Origin: Octopus sinensis | Taxonomy: Eukaryota | Assembly: GCF_006345805.1 (NCBI RefSeq) | Contig: NC_043024.1 | Location: forward strand, 7,874,001-7,938,000 | Direction: 5' to 3' | Length of the DNA: 64,000 nt | Part shown: piece by piece, positions 62,524 through 64,000 of the stretch | How the letters are laid out: the number at the start of each line of letters is the position of its first letter | Numbering within the stretch: the stretch's first letter is position 1 | Position numbers and translations under genes: made by a program | The notes under the pieces: model-generated | What the model was told of the DNA's origin: nothing | Databases searched by the model: none | The model's input: only the letters and a program-made list of their open reading frames with translations

Positions 62524-62840
62524 CATTTCTAATATATCTCTCAAACTGAGGATATCAGCTACGCTATACCTGTATCATGATGATTTGTGCTGGATATCAA
62601 AATACCGACATCATGATGGCTGCAGAGCCATCTTGAGGCCGTGATTAATCATTTCCAATAGTCAGTGAAAATGTTTTGCAATGGGGAAATATTACCTTAT
62701 TTGGAAATAGGTGAGGGTTGGTGGTAGGAAGGGCATCTGGTCATAGAAAATTTGTGCCAATAAACTCTGTCTGATCCATGCAAGCATAGAAAAATGGATG
62801 TTATGATGATGATGATGATGATGTAGGCATGTGTATCCAT

Positions 62841-63173
62841 GGCTGTGTGGTAAGTAGCTTGCTTACCAACCACATGGTTCTGGGTTCAGTCCCACTGTGT
62901 GGCACCTTGGGCAGGTGTCTTCTGCTATAGCCTTGGGCTGACTAAAGCCTTGTGAGTGGATTTGGTAGACGGAAATTGAAAGAAGCCCGTCGTATATATG
63001 TGTGTGTGTGTCTGTTTGTTCCCCCCCCCCACATCACTTGACAACCAATGCAGGTGTGTTTAGGTCCCCGTAACTTAGCGGTTCGGCAAAAGAGTCCCTA
63101 TAGAATAATTACTAAGCTTACAAAGAATAAGTCCTGGGATCGACTAAAGGCGGTCAAATGACTGAAACAAGTG
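62841..63173 (+). mobile_element. SINE family A copy
   Basis: Same head and body. Confidence 0.85.
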
Positions 63174-64000
63174 TGATCTGTGTAGCCACGTGCATGTACG
63201 AGAGTATGTATGTATGTATGTATGTAGCTATGTGTATGTATGAGAGTGCTTGTGTTGTACTTTTTTTGAAAGTCTGGTACTTATTCAATCAGTTACTTTT
63301 GTTGAAACACGTTAATTTACGCTGACATAAACAAACCAACACCGGTTGTAGAGGACAACACAAACACACGTATATGGATACAAAGGAGGATAGGCGAAGA
63401 TACAACACTGAATGCAGACTGAATCCGAAAAATCTACGTAGAGCTCTAAAATCAACAGTAGCAGTCATGCGGCCAACTGTATACGCAAGTTATACAATAC
63501 ATACTCATACATATATACGACGGGCTTCCACACATTTTCCTTCTATCAAATTCTCTCACAAAGTATTGATCACCTGGGGCTATTTATAGTAGAAGCTACT
63601 TGCTCAAGATGCCACGCAGTGGTACTGAACCCGAAACTATGTGGTTGTAAAATGATCTTAAATGGACAGTCATGCCTGCACAGATTTCATAGTTTTCTAT
63701 CTTCTGTCACGAAAATATCCATAAAAAAAAAGTACTGATATAAATCAGTGGCATTTTACGATTAGTGTTTTTGTTGTTGATTTTTGCTCCCAATTATGTT
63801 TAACACTATCACTCAATAGTTATTGTAATTTGTCCGCCATATTGTATACCAACTTCGAAAGATAGTAATTTCTGAGTTCAACCTTATAAAAAACTAATTT
63901 AAAAAGCAAAATTAGCAGTCTTTTAAATATACCATATTTTGGGCAAAGGTGGGAGCGATTGGTTAAGCAAAAAACAAAAAAAAAAAACTTAGGTCTACGG

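Overview
AT-rich animal genomic DNA. The SINE and RTE families suggest an octopus or other coleoid cephalopod (inference). The only host gene I can support is a minus-strand DBHS-family RNA-binding protein (NONO/SFPQ/PSPC1; nonA/hrp65-like). I reconstructed it by hand as 10 coding exons from 33553 to 9656 (about 665 aa), with a 15.8-kb first intron, one GC-AG intron and a 33-nt microexon. The last intron also holds a candidate stop-containing 21-nt microexon and a zero-spacer inverted dimer of a tRNA-headed, hammerhead-bearing retroelement. The 9.6 kb downstream of the stop codon is nearly free of young SINEs/LINEs and contains candidate extra exons. From about 36 to 64 kb the sequence is a dense nest of SINEs, RTE/CR1 LINE pieces, Tc1/mariner relics, non-autonomous Helitrons, GG-ended and piggyBac-type MITEs, Penelope-type repeats with minimal hammerhead cores, and a 5S rRNA pseudogene. 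All coordinates were read by eye; boundaries of repeats without target-site duplications (TSDs) are approximate.
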